A stretch of 63,749 nt of DNA, the filler included, from Octopus bimaculoides (lineage: Eukaryota), in the NCBI RefSeq assembly GCF_001194135.2. It is 6 parts of 6 records of this genome, joined end to end, with 100 filler letters (N's around TTAATTAATTAA, not from the genome) between each part and the next. Parts side by side here need not be neighbours in the genome. Positions count along the whole stretch, not along the records: positions 1 to 22,782 come from NC_069003.1; 5 more parts are not named here. One strand, given 5' to 3'. The position numbers and the translations under genes were made by a program. The notes under the pieces are model-generated. The model was not told the DNA's origin. It worked only from the letters and a program-made list of their open reading frames with translations, and searched no databases. Positions within the stretch are counted from its first letter, which is position 1. Each line of letters opens with the position of its first letter. This document shows, piece after piece, positions 1 through 10,876 of the stretch.

Positions 1-310
1 CAGGTAATCGATAAACAATTTTCCTTTATAACATCAAGAGTACTTAAGGAAAATCTCATAAAACCATAGAAAGTATATATGTGTGTACAGAATTACACAA
101 AAATACATAAAAATATACATACAAATACATATGAACATATAAAAATGTACATGAATATATAAAATGGTATGCAAGTGTCTGAACTTGGTACTTCCATGTT
201 AGAAACAAGAAGGAAGAAAGTTATAGATACATGGACAATATGTGACAATATACATAATTAATTAAAAGATATTAAAAGTATTCCATGGCAGAGATAAAGT
301 CTAATACTCA

Positions 311-400
311 TCCTACCATTGTTTCAGGAAAATGTTACTGGGGGTGGATAAAGTATTCCTGTCCATCTTCCATATAAACAGTTCCTTCATCAGGGAACAC
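311..400 (-). ncRNA. Degenerate type I hammerhead ribozyme motif in the PLE 3' region
   Basis: The minus strand reads gtgttcc-CTGATGA-AGGAA...TTCCT-GAAAC-aatg-GTA-gga. The core motifs are present, with a 5-bp stem II closing a long loop, a GUA triplet and a short stem I. Confidence 0.45.
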
Positions 401-1752
401 ATAATAGACTTAGAGTCCTCCTCATTTGGAACAGAGGAAATAGAAAAAAATAGAGAAAATATAGAGTATTGAAAGGACAAGGCAGCAGCTAACTCTAATG
501 AATAAATATGAACTTGAAGAGAGGTTGTATGGAGTTAATGTATTTAAGACGAGTTCATTATATACTAGGGTTGAATTTATTAGTTTAAAATTTACATACA
601 AGTTAGCTATTATTAATAATTTAGATTGAAAACAATTTAAAAGTTGAAAGGTATTTATGCCTACATAAATTAGTAGTGCTTCAGAGGTCTTATTTAGTAG
701 GAGTTTCCTATTAGTGCGAAGGATATTAATAGACTTTTTTGTACATAACTTACAGATTTCTGTCTTCATATTTTAAGAGGTTGTTTCAGTTATTATTGCC
801 CAATCTAATTTATATTCAATATTTTATTGTTTCAATTAGGTTTACATCTATAGATAGTGCAGTTGAATTCATGGTTTGCGGATTTATAAAAGAATTTACG
901 TGTCCCCAATGTCTAGTCTTAAAATCAACTCTACTTCCTATATAAATTTTCTTAGATTCACTGGAGGTAGTAATTTCATTATTTATATACAACATTTTTC
1001 CTGAAACAGGAACCTTTTAAGGGGCAGCCTTCAGGGGAACAACAATTACAACTTTTATTTATAGGTTTCAATTCATTGTTTCTATTTTCTATTACTAGTT
1101 CAGTATTGATATTCTCTAAACTAGGTCCGGTAAGGTCTGTTACCCATGGATTATTTTTAAGCTTATGTTTGTTATTAGCCACAATAATAGAATCCAAGTT
1201 TGGTGTTGATGAATGTGATAATTTTAATGTAGATCCGTTAAAAATAGGGTGATATTTATGGTCCTTAGGGAAGTTTTTTTTCAATAGTCTTGAAAAAAAT
1301 TTGGGGAAGGTTTCTAATTTGAAGAGAGAAGGGCAGAGTGAACCATAAGATTTCCCTTTTTTCTAGGGGTACTCTTCTTAGTTTGTCTATATACTGCTGC
1401 ATTATTTCTGATTATAACTGAAGGGTCTGTAATAACTTCTCTATCAAGATTGTTCATCAATAGAATTCCTTAACGAGGTATTAGTACTTGATTTTGCTAT
1501 ATCTGAGAATAGTTTATCTAATTTATTTTTAATTATTGTGTTTGGTATGTAATAAATATTCTTATCAAAACCACTATTCCTCAGCACAGTATTATACAGA
1601 GGTGCATGATTATTCAATATTCGTTCATTAACAGATAAATTTGATATTCCAATGGATACCCCTTTAATTATCCCATTTATAACACTTGGTGGGTGATTTG
1701 ATAGGCAATTAATATAATGTATCATTTTATTTGGTTTATGATAAGGGTAATA

Positions 1753-2206
1753 CTCTTACTCTTTTATTTGTTTGAGTGCTGGAGCACCACCTTTAGTTGA
1801 AGGAATCGGCCCCAACACTTATTCTTTGTAAGCCTAGTACTTATTCTATCGGTTACTTTAGCTGAACCGCTAAGTTACAGGGATGTAAACACACCAGCAT
1901 CAGTTGTCAAGCAATGTTGGGGGGACAAACACAGACACACAAACATATACACACACACAAACATATACACACATACAAACATATACACACATACAAACAT
2001 ATACACACACACAAACATATACACACACACATACATATATACGACAGGCTTCTTTCAGTTTTCGACTACCAAATCCACTCACAAGGCTTTGGTCGGCCCA
2101 AAGCTATAGTATAAGGCACTTGCCCCAAGGTTCCACGCAGTGAGACTGAACCTGGAACCATGTGGCTGGTAAGCAAGCTACTTACCACACAGCCACTCCT
2201 GCGCCT
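1753..2206 (-). mobile_element. tRNA-derived SINE, family A (head aggcgcaggagtggctgtgtggtaag), inserted in the PLE RT
   Basis: Matches many other copies in the window, has A/B-box-like motifs and an internal CA/TA microsatellite. It splits the PLE frame, with an apparent AATA duplication at 1749-1752 and 2207-2210. Confidence 0.85.
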
Positions 2207-2553
2207 AATATAACCCATTATTTAAATTTAGAGTAACATCTACAAAATTTACTTGGTTTTCTATATTTTCAAATACTTCCAATTTGTCCATGTACATTTT
2301 TATATGTTCATATGTATTTGGATGTATATTTTTATGTATTTCTGTGCAATTCTGTACATGCATATACATTTTTTATGGTTTTATGAGATTTGCCTTAAGT
2401 AGTCCAATGTTATAAAGGAAAATTGTTAATCAATTACCTGAATTTTGTGTCTTCTATCGATGCCTATATTATTCATATAGCTCATATTCTGAGCATTACA
2501 TGGTCGTTCTATATACAGAATTCCTTCATTCATTCATTCATTATATACATATA

Positions 2554-2680
2554 GAGGGTATCCACAAAGTCTGGGTACATGCGGATTAATACATACTTTA
2601 AGAAATTATTATTTTTTATATTTAATTGTTTATGTTGTGATTTTATTTGCTCCATGTAGCCAGACTTTGTGGACACCCTA
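2554..2680. mobile_element. Tc1/mariner-type MITE (about 127 bp)
   Basis: About 27-bp TIRs (gagggtatccacaaagtctgggtacatg / catgtagccagactttgtggacacccta) flanked by TA on both sides. A second copy lies at 41326-41448. Confidence 0.8.
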
Positions 2681-3710
2681 TATANNNNNNNNNNNNNNNN
2701 NNNNNNNNNNNNNNNNNNNNNNNNNNNNNNNNNNNNNNNNNNNNNNNNNNNNNNNNNNNNNNNNNNNNNNNNNNNNNNNNNNNNNNNNNNNNNNNNNNNN
2801 NNNNNNNNNNNNNNNNNNNNNNNNNNNNNNNNNNNNNNNNNNNNNNNNNNNNNNNNNNNNNNNNNNNNNNNNNNNNNNNNNNNNNNNNNNNNNNNNNNNN
2901 NNNNNNNNNNNNNNNNNNNNNNNNNNNNNNNNNNNNNNNNNNNNNNNNNNNNNNNNNNNNNNNNNNNNNNNNNNNNNNNNNNNNNNNNNNNNNNNNNNNN
3001 NNNNNNNNNNNNNNNNNNNNNNNNNNNNNNNNNNNNNNNNNNNNNNNNNNNNNNNNNNNNNNNNNNNNNNNNNNNNNNNNNNNNNNNNNNNNNNNNNNNN
3101 NNNNNNNNNNNNNNNNNNNNNNNNNNNNNNNNNNNNNNNNNNNNNNNNNNNNNNNNNNNNNNNNNNNNNNNNNNNNNNNNNNNNNNNNNNNNNNNNNNNN
3201 NNNNNNNNNNNNNNNNNNNNNNNNNNNNNNNNNNNNNNNNNNNNNNNNNNNNNNNNNNNNNNNNNNNNNNNNNNNNNNNNNNNNNNNNNNNNNNNNNNNN
3301 NNNNNNNNNNNNNNNNNNNNNNNNNNNNNNNNNNNNNNNNNNNNNNNNNNNNNNNNNNNNNNNNNNNNNNNNNNNNNNNNNNNNNNNNNNNNNNNNNNNN
3401 NNNNNNNNNNNNNNNNNNNNNNNNNNNNNNNNNNNNNNNNNNNNNNNNNNNNNNNNNNNNNNNNNNNNNNNNNNNNNNNNNNNNNNNNNNNNNNNNNNNN
3501 NNNNNNNNNNNNNNNNNNNNNNNNNNNNNNNNNNNNNNNNNNNNNNNNNNNNNNNNNNNNNNNNNNNNNNNNNNNNNNNNNNNNNNNNNNNNNNNNNNNN
3601 NNNNNNNNNNNNNNNNNNNNNNNNNNNNNNNNNCAGTTACCATTTTCCACATCTTTGGTCAGCCTGAGGCTCTTGTAGAAGACACTTGCCCAATATATAT
3701 ATATATATAT

Positions 3711-4001
3711 CATCATCATCATCATCATTTAATGTCCATTTTCTATGCTGGCATGGGTTGGACAGTTTGACATGGAGCTGTCCAGGCTCCAATTGTCTGT
3801 TTTGGCATGGTTTCTATGGCTGGATGCCCTTCCTAACACCAACCACTTTACAGAGCGTACTGAGAACCTTCTGCGTGCAACTGGCATGGGTGCATTTACA
3901 TGGAACCAGCACCTGCAAGACAAAGGTCTTTCAGCTGGAATAGGGTGTATGGGTATGGCTAGGCATAAAGGACATGCCTGTATGTATGGATGGCCACGAT
4001 T

Positions 4002-4005
<4 letters not shown>
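3711..4005 (-). mobile_element. RTE-LINE-type 3' tail with (GAT)n end
   Basis: Reverse complement of the tail seen at 5600-5793 and 22330-22516 (tggttggcattaggaagggcatccagc...aacccatgccagcat...gatgat). Confidence 0.75.
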
Positions 4006-4036
<31 letters not shown>

Positions 4037-4040
<4 letters not shown>

Positions 4041-5100
4041 CAATGCATCCCGGCGTTGCCAGGGTGTTATAACCTACAGCCACACTGTATTATTTGTTCC
4101 TTTATGGGGAGAATCAGCATAACTGATACATAGTGAACTGGATTACTGGCGTAATGGAAGTTATTGTTTGTTTAAAAGTGAAGGGGGGAGGGTACAATTT
4201 ACATGGGTTTGCATGAAAGTGCTTTTTTGTTCTTAAGATGCATTGTTTCATGGTATAAAAGGGGCTTAATATGATTTTGCCCNNNNNNNNNNNNNNNNNN
4301 NNNNNNNNNNNNNNNNNNNNNNNNNNNNNNNNNNNNNNNNNNNNNNNNNNNNNNNNNNNNNNNNNNNNNNNNNNNNNNNNNNNNNNNNNNNNNNNNNNNN
4401 NNNNNNNNNNNNNNNNNNNNNNNNNNNNNNNNNNNNNNNNNNNNNNNNNNNNNNNNNNNNNNNNNNNNNNNNNNNNNNNNNNNNNNNNNNNNNNNNNNNN
4501 NNNNNNNNNNNNNNNNNNNNNNNNNNNNNNNNNNNNNNNNNNNNNNNNNNNTTCTTAAAGAAAACCTCAATGTTCCTTCCCCCACCTTGCCCACCCATCA
4601 CCTACCCGCTTTCAAAAAGCTAAAATCTCCCAATGTTTCACTTTCATCTGATATTTTACACATGCATAGAATTGTACTGAAATAGCGGACCACCACCAGA
4701 AAACCTGACATGCTAGAAACAACAGGTAAATGACATTATTTCTGAAGAAACATCCTCACTTTCCAAAAAGCTAAAAGTGAAACACTGGGAATTAGTAGCT
4801 TTTTGAAAATGGTGAGGGTGAATATAAGTGGTAGAAGATTGGACAAAGTGAGTGGGCAGGGGGAGGGGGATGTTTCATAAAAGTGTGAGTGAAGATGGTT
4901 GGATGGAGCAGAAGTGATGGTGAGAGTGGCTCAGTGGGGCTGTGGTAGATAGCTGAGAATGATTGCATGCAGGTAAGCACGCGAGGGAGATGGAGAGGCA
5001 ATGCATTGGGTAGTGATCATAGGTAGGGAAATGGAGGGTGTTGGGAAAATGGGTTGCAGCAGAGAGGGGGTACGTGAGGGGACAGATGGTGGGGTGACAT
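4037..5100. mobile_element. Helitron-like non-autonomous element (right end uncertain, contains a gap)
   Basis: Starts ttagcaatgcatcccggcgttgccaggg, resembling the start at 10877. Has an internal inverted repeat at about 4609-4644 / 4775-4808. Confidence 0.4.
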
Positions 5101-5103
5101 AGA

Positions 5104-5460
5104 CATAAAGAACATGCCTGTATGGCCTGCACAAGTCTTCTCAAGCACAGTAAATCACGAGATATCTTGGGCCTTTGCCATCTCCTCGGTGAGGATGAAC
5201 ATCTGAAGATCATTTCTCACCACTTCATCCCCCATCTTCCTGGGTCTTCCCCCTTCCAAAGGTTCCCTCCACAATTAGAGATCAGTGCTTCTTTATGCAG
5301 CTGTCTTCATCCATACACATCACATGACCATACCAGGGCAGTCTTCTCTCTTGTACGCTACATCTGATGCCTCTTTTTCCCAGTTTTCCTCTTAAGACAC
5401 TTATGCTGTGGCACTGTCATGCATGTACACTGACATTGTACATCCAGCAGGGCATGCTGG
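5104..5460 (-). mobile_element. RTE LINE fragment (end of ORF)
   Basis: The reverse complement aligns by eye with the RTE C-terminal segment at 21520-21700 (gatgtacaatgtcagtgtacat...agagaagactgccctggtatggtcatgtg). Confidence 0.75.
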
Positions 5461-5759
5461 CTTTAACAATGGGAATAAATAGACATCACAAGGGACCAAA
5501 ATATCTGGTGCCTTGCTGTACTTAAGAAGACCTGCCCACTACAGTAAAATTGATACTGATGCTGGTGCCTCATTAAAAGCACTGATGCTGGTGCCACATA
5601 CAAAGCACCCAGTACACTCTGTGGAATGGTTGGCATTAGGAAGGGCATCCAGCTGTAGAAACCATGCTAGGACATACAATGGAGCCTGGTATGGCTCCCA
5701 GCCTTACCAGCTCCAGTCAAACTGTCTAACCCATGCCAGTATGGAAAACAGACATTAAG

Positions 5760-5793
<34 letters not shown>
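5461..5793 (+). mobile_element. RTE LINE 3' UTR and (GAT)n tail
   Basis: Conserved RTE tail ending in a long (GAT)n run at about 5760-5793. Confidence 0.75.
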
Positions 5794-6387
5794 ACATTTG
5801 ATCTAACAATATGAATGCTGAACAGTTAAACTTTTTTGAACTCATGTGACACCATAGCAAAGAAAGAAGAATAAAGTTGCAGACAGATGTAAACTCACAA
5901 TTTTCTCCTCTCTTTAACAAAGAGATCATACAGGGGGAAGGGGGGGGGGAGATATTTCCACGAATATTTTGGTATGGGAAGGAGGTGGAAGAACCGGTAC
6001 TTGTCAATTTAAAAACCACTGGGCTATAGTATCCAGTTGGAGGTATGTTGTAATGACCAACTAAAACACTCCTCAAGATGGGAGCGGATGAACACACAAT
6101 GGTGTTTGTTAACACACAAAGTACTCACTCTCTCAACTACTTCCTTTACAATAACAATGGTAATGGTGGTGGTGATGATTTGTAAATTAACATTTACTGC
6201 ACTACTGCCACTCTACCACTACCAACACATTCACAAGTACAATTACCATCACCATCACCACTACAACAAATAGTACCTCAGTACAACCACTACAACTACC
6301 ACTATAACCATCATTATCACTACCATCAACATCACTAAATATTACTATCACAACCATCACAACCACTACAACTACCACCAATACGAT

Positions 6388-6720
6388 CATGCCAATCTTT
6401 TTTCCAAGAGACCCCCAAAACGTTCACTAATTGAGCCAAACAAATCTTTACCCTTCTTCAATAGTAGGAGTCCCCAAAAAGGTTTTCCCTGCCAATCTTT
6501 TCTCCAAGAGAGCTCAAAAACATTCACTAATTAGTCACACTAATCTTTTTCCATATAATGGTAGGATACCCAAAAAAGATTTTCCAATGGGGCCATGCCA
6601 GTCTTTTCTGCCAAGAGGTCCCTAAATATTCTCTAATTGGGTCATACCAATCTTTTTCCCCATTCAATGGTAGGGAGCCCCCAAAGGACTTTCCAATGGG
6701 CCATGCCAATCTTTTCCCCT
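6388..6720. repeat. Degenerate minisatellite, about 100-108 bp unit, three copies
   Basis: gccaatcttt or gccagtcttt recurs at 6391, 6491, 6597 and 6705, with shared ccaagag...ctaatt...aatggtagg blocks. Confidence 0.75.
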
Positions 6721-7139
6721 TTAAATGTAGAAGAAAATGACTACGCACATCAGGGAGACATTAACATATTTGGCCCCACTTAAACATTGACAGTACACAG
6801 CTAGAACTATCATGAACACTTCAAATGCCAGCCCTCACTGCCAGGTCTCCCTATAACTGTGGATATCTTCCAGTGAATGCACATCCAAAACACAGCAGAA
6901 CCAATATCTCAAAGACTAACAATTCTCTTTAAAGCCAGAAAACATTCCATCTCCTATCAAGTACCAGCCCTTTACAAAGCATTGGTGGAAGGCCACAAGA
7001 AAGTACTGCTCTTACATTAAGAACACGGCTGTTCTTGAACATACAAACTTCTCAGACCACATCAAAAGAAAAGCCACTAGACTAAATATCATAAAGTCAC
7101 AAGCACCACCAAACCCCCAATATTTGACACAGAGAATTC

Positions 7140-7401
7140 TTTTCTCTTTCTGTCTTTTATACAACCACTAAAGTGACTCTGCTCCTCACAAAAACCCATC
7201 AACACCCCAACTTCAACACAGATACATATTGTCTCCCCTCTCTCTCTCTCTCTGTTTGTCGTTTATACAACTACTAAAGTGACTCTCTTCCTCACAAACA
7301 TACATTCCAAACTTCTGGCACACAGACATACAGTCTTCTCTCTCTCTCTCTCTCTCCATCTTATCTTTTATACAACCATTAAAATGGCCTCTGATTCTCA
7401 C
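7140..7401. repeat. Degenerate tandem repeat, about 105 bp unit with a (CT)n core
   Basis: ttatacaac(c/t)a(c/t)taaa(g/a)tg(a/g)c(t/c)tct recurs at about 7157, 7262 and 7367. Confidence 0.65.
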
Positions 7402-8108
7402 AACTGGTCATTCTCATCCTACCTCCACTCATACACTCATTTATATCCCAGACAACCATTGGGTATATAATTTATCGATGCGGAGGTAAAACCAATGTGT
7501 TCACACGACGTACTTCATGAGACTCCAAAACGCTCTCTAAATGACTTCTATCAACCCCTCATCTCAACCAACACCCTACTCTTTATAAGAGCTCAGCTAG
7601 TCCATTCTCCCAATCCCCCAGGGGTGTCAATGACTCTCACCACAACACACTCCTTACTCTCTTTATCTCTTATCTCCTCTTCCTCTCAACCATACTGTAT
7701 TCACTACCGCCCCCAACAAACCCTAGACTAATCAATCCACTGCATCTAGTACTTTTTAGGCAGAATATTGGACCCCTGGAAACCCCTCTTTGCACAATGT
7801 TTTACCACAATCATCAATTTACAACAGTTAACAGCATCACTCTCTTAGAGAGTCAGTAAAGGACACTAATTGCTCCAAGAGACATGGGTCAGAAATTGAG
7901 CACCGTCCAGGTGTGTTGTGTGCCACCAACGGAGCCCACAAAGAAGTGTTCTGGTTTTTCTAATAAAATTTTATTTGTTTGCCTATGTTTTCCAATAAAC
8001 TCTGCTGTGTTATTCTTTTTTTTTTTGTCATTTTTTACTGAATTTTTCAAATTGTAAAAGTAATTTATGGACAACCTATACATACGCATACAATCACACA
8101 TATACATA

Positions 8109-8186
<78 letters not shown>

Positions 8187-8196
8187 NNNNNNNNNN

Positions 8197-8265
<69 letters not shown>

Positions 8266-8272
8266 GAGAGAC

Positions 8273-8307
<35 letters not shown>

Positions 8308-8815
8308 TAGACAGAGACAGAGAGAGAAGAGATGCTTAACTGTATTGGATTCTGACCAGGTAGTGTGGGGAGAAAGGGGGGGGGGCTATTGAATGTAAAC
8401 AACAGAGAGAGAAGGGGGAAGGGAGGCAAGAGATGGGAGTACTTTGATTAATTCCCAAACATTAACTGGTCTCTGTTGTAATGTTGGATCAGCTGGATTA
8501 GCAATAACTGGACAGGATAAAAAGGGATTAAGTCAAAGTGTATTTAATGCTCTTTAAGGCCTGATTCTCTGTACCACCATGTATCCATACATACATCTGT
8601 GTACCTGAGAGATGTTGTTCAGCCCCAGGTCAACCCTATTCAATAGATCATTGATCAAAGGCCTTCCATTCATGGCCGTCTCTGCTTTTCATCCTTGTCT
8701 TTTCCCTTTTGGTCATGTAGGACTACATTATCTAATGCCTCATTGGTATTTTGGGGTGTAGATGTCATTTGAAGTAGATTTTACTTATTTCTAGCAGTCC
8801 AGCGACCATGTGGAG

Positions 8816-9989
8816 CAGTGGTTCCCAGTCAGGGTCCATATGACCCCTGGTAGTCCATATAAGATTTTTTCGGGGTCCACATGAGCAAAACAGTAAATAT
8901 GAGATTCACAGTAGCAGTTTAAGGGTTCATGAAAAAATTTTGCTTCTCTAGATGTATTTATTGCAGGAAAAATACATTTCTTCCTCTAACATTTTACATA
9001 GTTTAACATGCTTCTCTTCACTGAAACGTTCTCTCAGAGAACTGCAAACCTACACAAGTGAACAACTGGAAAACATGAAAGAAATATCTATAAAACAGGT
9101 TTTTAAACATCAAATGGCTCTGGAGATCCACAAGAGTAAACTGATCCATAGATAAAAAATGACTGAAAACCCCTGATATAAGGCTTTTGGAGGTCTACAC
9201 AATCAAAATAGTAATTTGGGAATCCACAGTAATTCATAAAGGGACCTTGAAAAAATTTTGCTTTAGATATACTTATTGCAAGATAGGTTTCTTTCTCTAA
9301 TATTTTATGTAGTTCAACCTTCACAAGTTAATGTGTGAATAACAAAATAGGAATTTCGAAAGAAGAATCTGTAAAACTAGTTTTTAAACACCGAATGGCT
9401 ATGGGGGTCCACTAGAGTAAAGTAGTAATTAGACAGATCCATAGATGAAAAAATGGTGGAGAACCCCTGACGTAAGACTTCTGGAGGTCCACGCATGTAA
9501 AATAGTAAATTGGGAATCTACAATGGTTCATAAACCTTTTAGCATTCAAATTACACTGTTGCATGTAATGCTTATTTATTCACAATGTTTTGAGTTAATC
9601 ATGCATTACCTTATTACTCTAAGGTTTCAATGATGTGATTATTTTTAGAATGACATTATAGGGTATGTGTAAGAGGCCAGATCTTGACAGTTTAAACATA
9701 AAACAGGTAGAATACTAGGGCTGGATATGGCTGGATTAAATGCTAAAAGGTTAAGGGGCCATGAAAAAATTTTGTTTTAAATGTATTTGTTGCAAGAAAC
9801 AGCTAAGTTTCTTTTGCAAATGTTTTACAAAGTTCAGCCTACACAGGTTAATGGGTGAATAACAAAATAAGAATTTTGAAAGAAGTTTCTATAAAACTGG
9901 GTTTTAAACATTGAATGGTTATAGGGGTCCACCAGAGTAAAGTAGGAATCAAAAGGGGTCCCTAAGTAAAAAATGGTTGAGAACCACTG
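8816..9989. mobile_element. hAT-like MITE cluster (tandem partial copies)
   Basis: Termini cagtggttccca ... tgagaaccactg. Internal blocks (catgaaaaaattttg; taaaac...gtttttaaaca...gaatgg; aaaaatgg..gagaaccc) are repeated about three times. Confidence 0.7.
9535..9750. mobile_element. piggyBac-like MITE nested in the hAT-like cluster
   Basis: TIRs ccttttagcatt / aatgctaaaagg, followed by TTAA (9751-9754) and preceded by TAAA. It interrupts an otherwise continuous hAT-like unit. A related partial copy lies at about 19316-19500. Confidence 0.6.
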
Positions 9990-10085
9990 ATGGACAGGCT
10001 CCCTGACTACCTTATAAGGAAAGTGCACAGTGGATAGGAAGTGTTTTAGTCGAACATGTCAACCCCAGGACTTTTTTTTTTTTAG

Positions 10086-10373
10086 AGCCTAGTACTTATT
10101 CTATCGGTCTCTTTTACTGAACTGCTAAGTTACTGGGACATAAACACAAGCAGTGGTGGGGGACAAACATAGAAACAAAGACACACACACATATATATAT
10201 AAACACATACAACAGGCTTCCTTCAGTTTCCGTCTACCAAATCCACTCACAAGGCTTTGGTTGGCCCGAGGCTATAGTAGAAGACACTTGCCCAAGGTGC
10301 CATGCAGTGGGACTGAATCCAATACCATGTGATTGGGAAGCAACCATCTTACCACACAGCCACACCTGCACCT
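10086..10373 (-). mobile_element. SINE family A, partial
   Basis: Same sequence blocks as 1753-2206, with many CpG-to-TpG/CpA changes. Confidence 0.8.
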
Positions 10374-10455
10374 ATCATCATCATCATCGTTTAACGTCCG
10401 CTTTCCATGCTAGCATGGGTTACACACATATACATATATAGGTACACATCCAATC

Positions 10456-10490
<35 letters not shown>

Positions 10491-10876
10491 AACAAACAAA
10501 CACAATCATACATACTTAAAAACAGACAGACAGACAGACAGATACACAGATGTAGACTCATACACATACATAATTATACATACACATACAATCATGTATA
10601 TTTATACAAGCTAATGTGGTCGTTTGATTTGCTAGAATTAGCAGTCAAATATCTGTCAAATCTCATATTACTGTTTGAAAAAGAAAGGAAAGGGTATGTG
10701 GATAATGTAGATGAGAGAAAAAAGACATGATGGCCAGGAGTGGAAAGCCTTTGATCGTTGGTTTGATCAGGGGCGACATGGGACAAAACATCAACAACAA
10801 TACTAATACACACACAAAAGTTACATAACGTACACAAACATACATTACATACACAAAGGTATTACATATATACATA

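Larger units (their letters stand above)
1..2520 (-). mobile_element. Decayed, 5'-truncated Penelope-like retroelement (RT C-terminus, GIY-YIG region, 3' UTR), interrupted by a SINE
   Basis: Minus-strand fragments read in PLE order: ENQVNFVDVTLNLNNGLY (about 2207-2265) joins YPYHKPNKMIHYINCLSNHPP (to 1752). These are followed by IFNGSTLKLSHSSTPNL...CNCCSPEGCPLKGSCFRKNVVYK (979-1284) and CKLCTKKSINILRTNRKLLLNKTSE (near 760). Frameshifts and stops are present. Positions 1-153 recur inverted at 2289-2440. Confidence 0.85.

Noticed and set aside
2637-3770. Long ORFs of 300+ aa here and at 11034-11989, 43480-44700, 53002-55446 and 60614-61746
   Set aside because: They consist of N gaps (X) plus microsatellite translations.
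7880-7980. Unique-looking stretch tested as a HINT exon
   Set aside because: No frame gives HIT motifs and the splice signals are poor.
10600-10690. Strong minus-strand acceptor (ctttttcaaacag) as HINT exon 2
   Set aside because: The in-phase frame starts with TAA, and the following sequence matches a dispersed repeat also seen near 8775.
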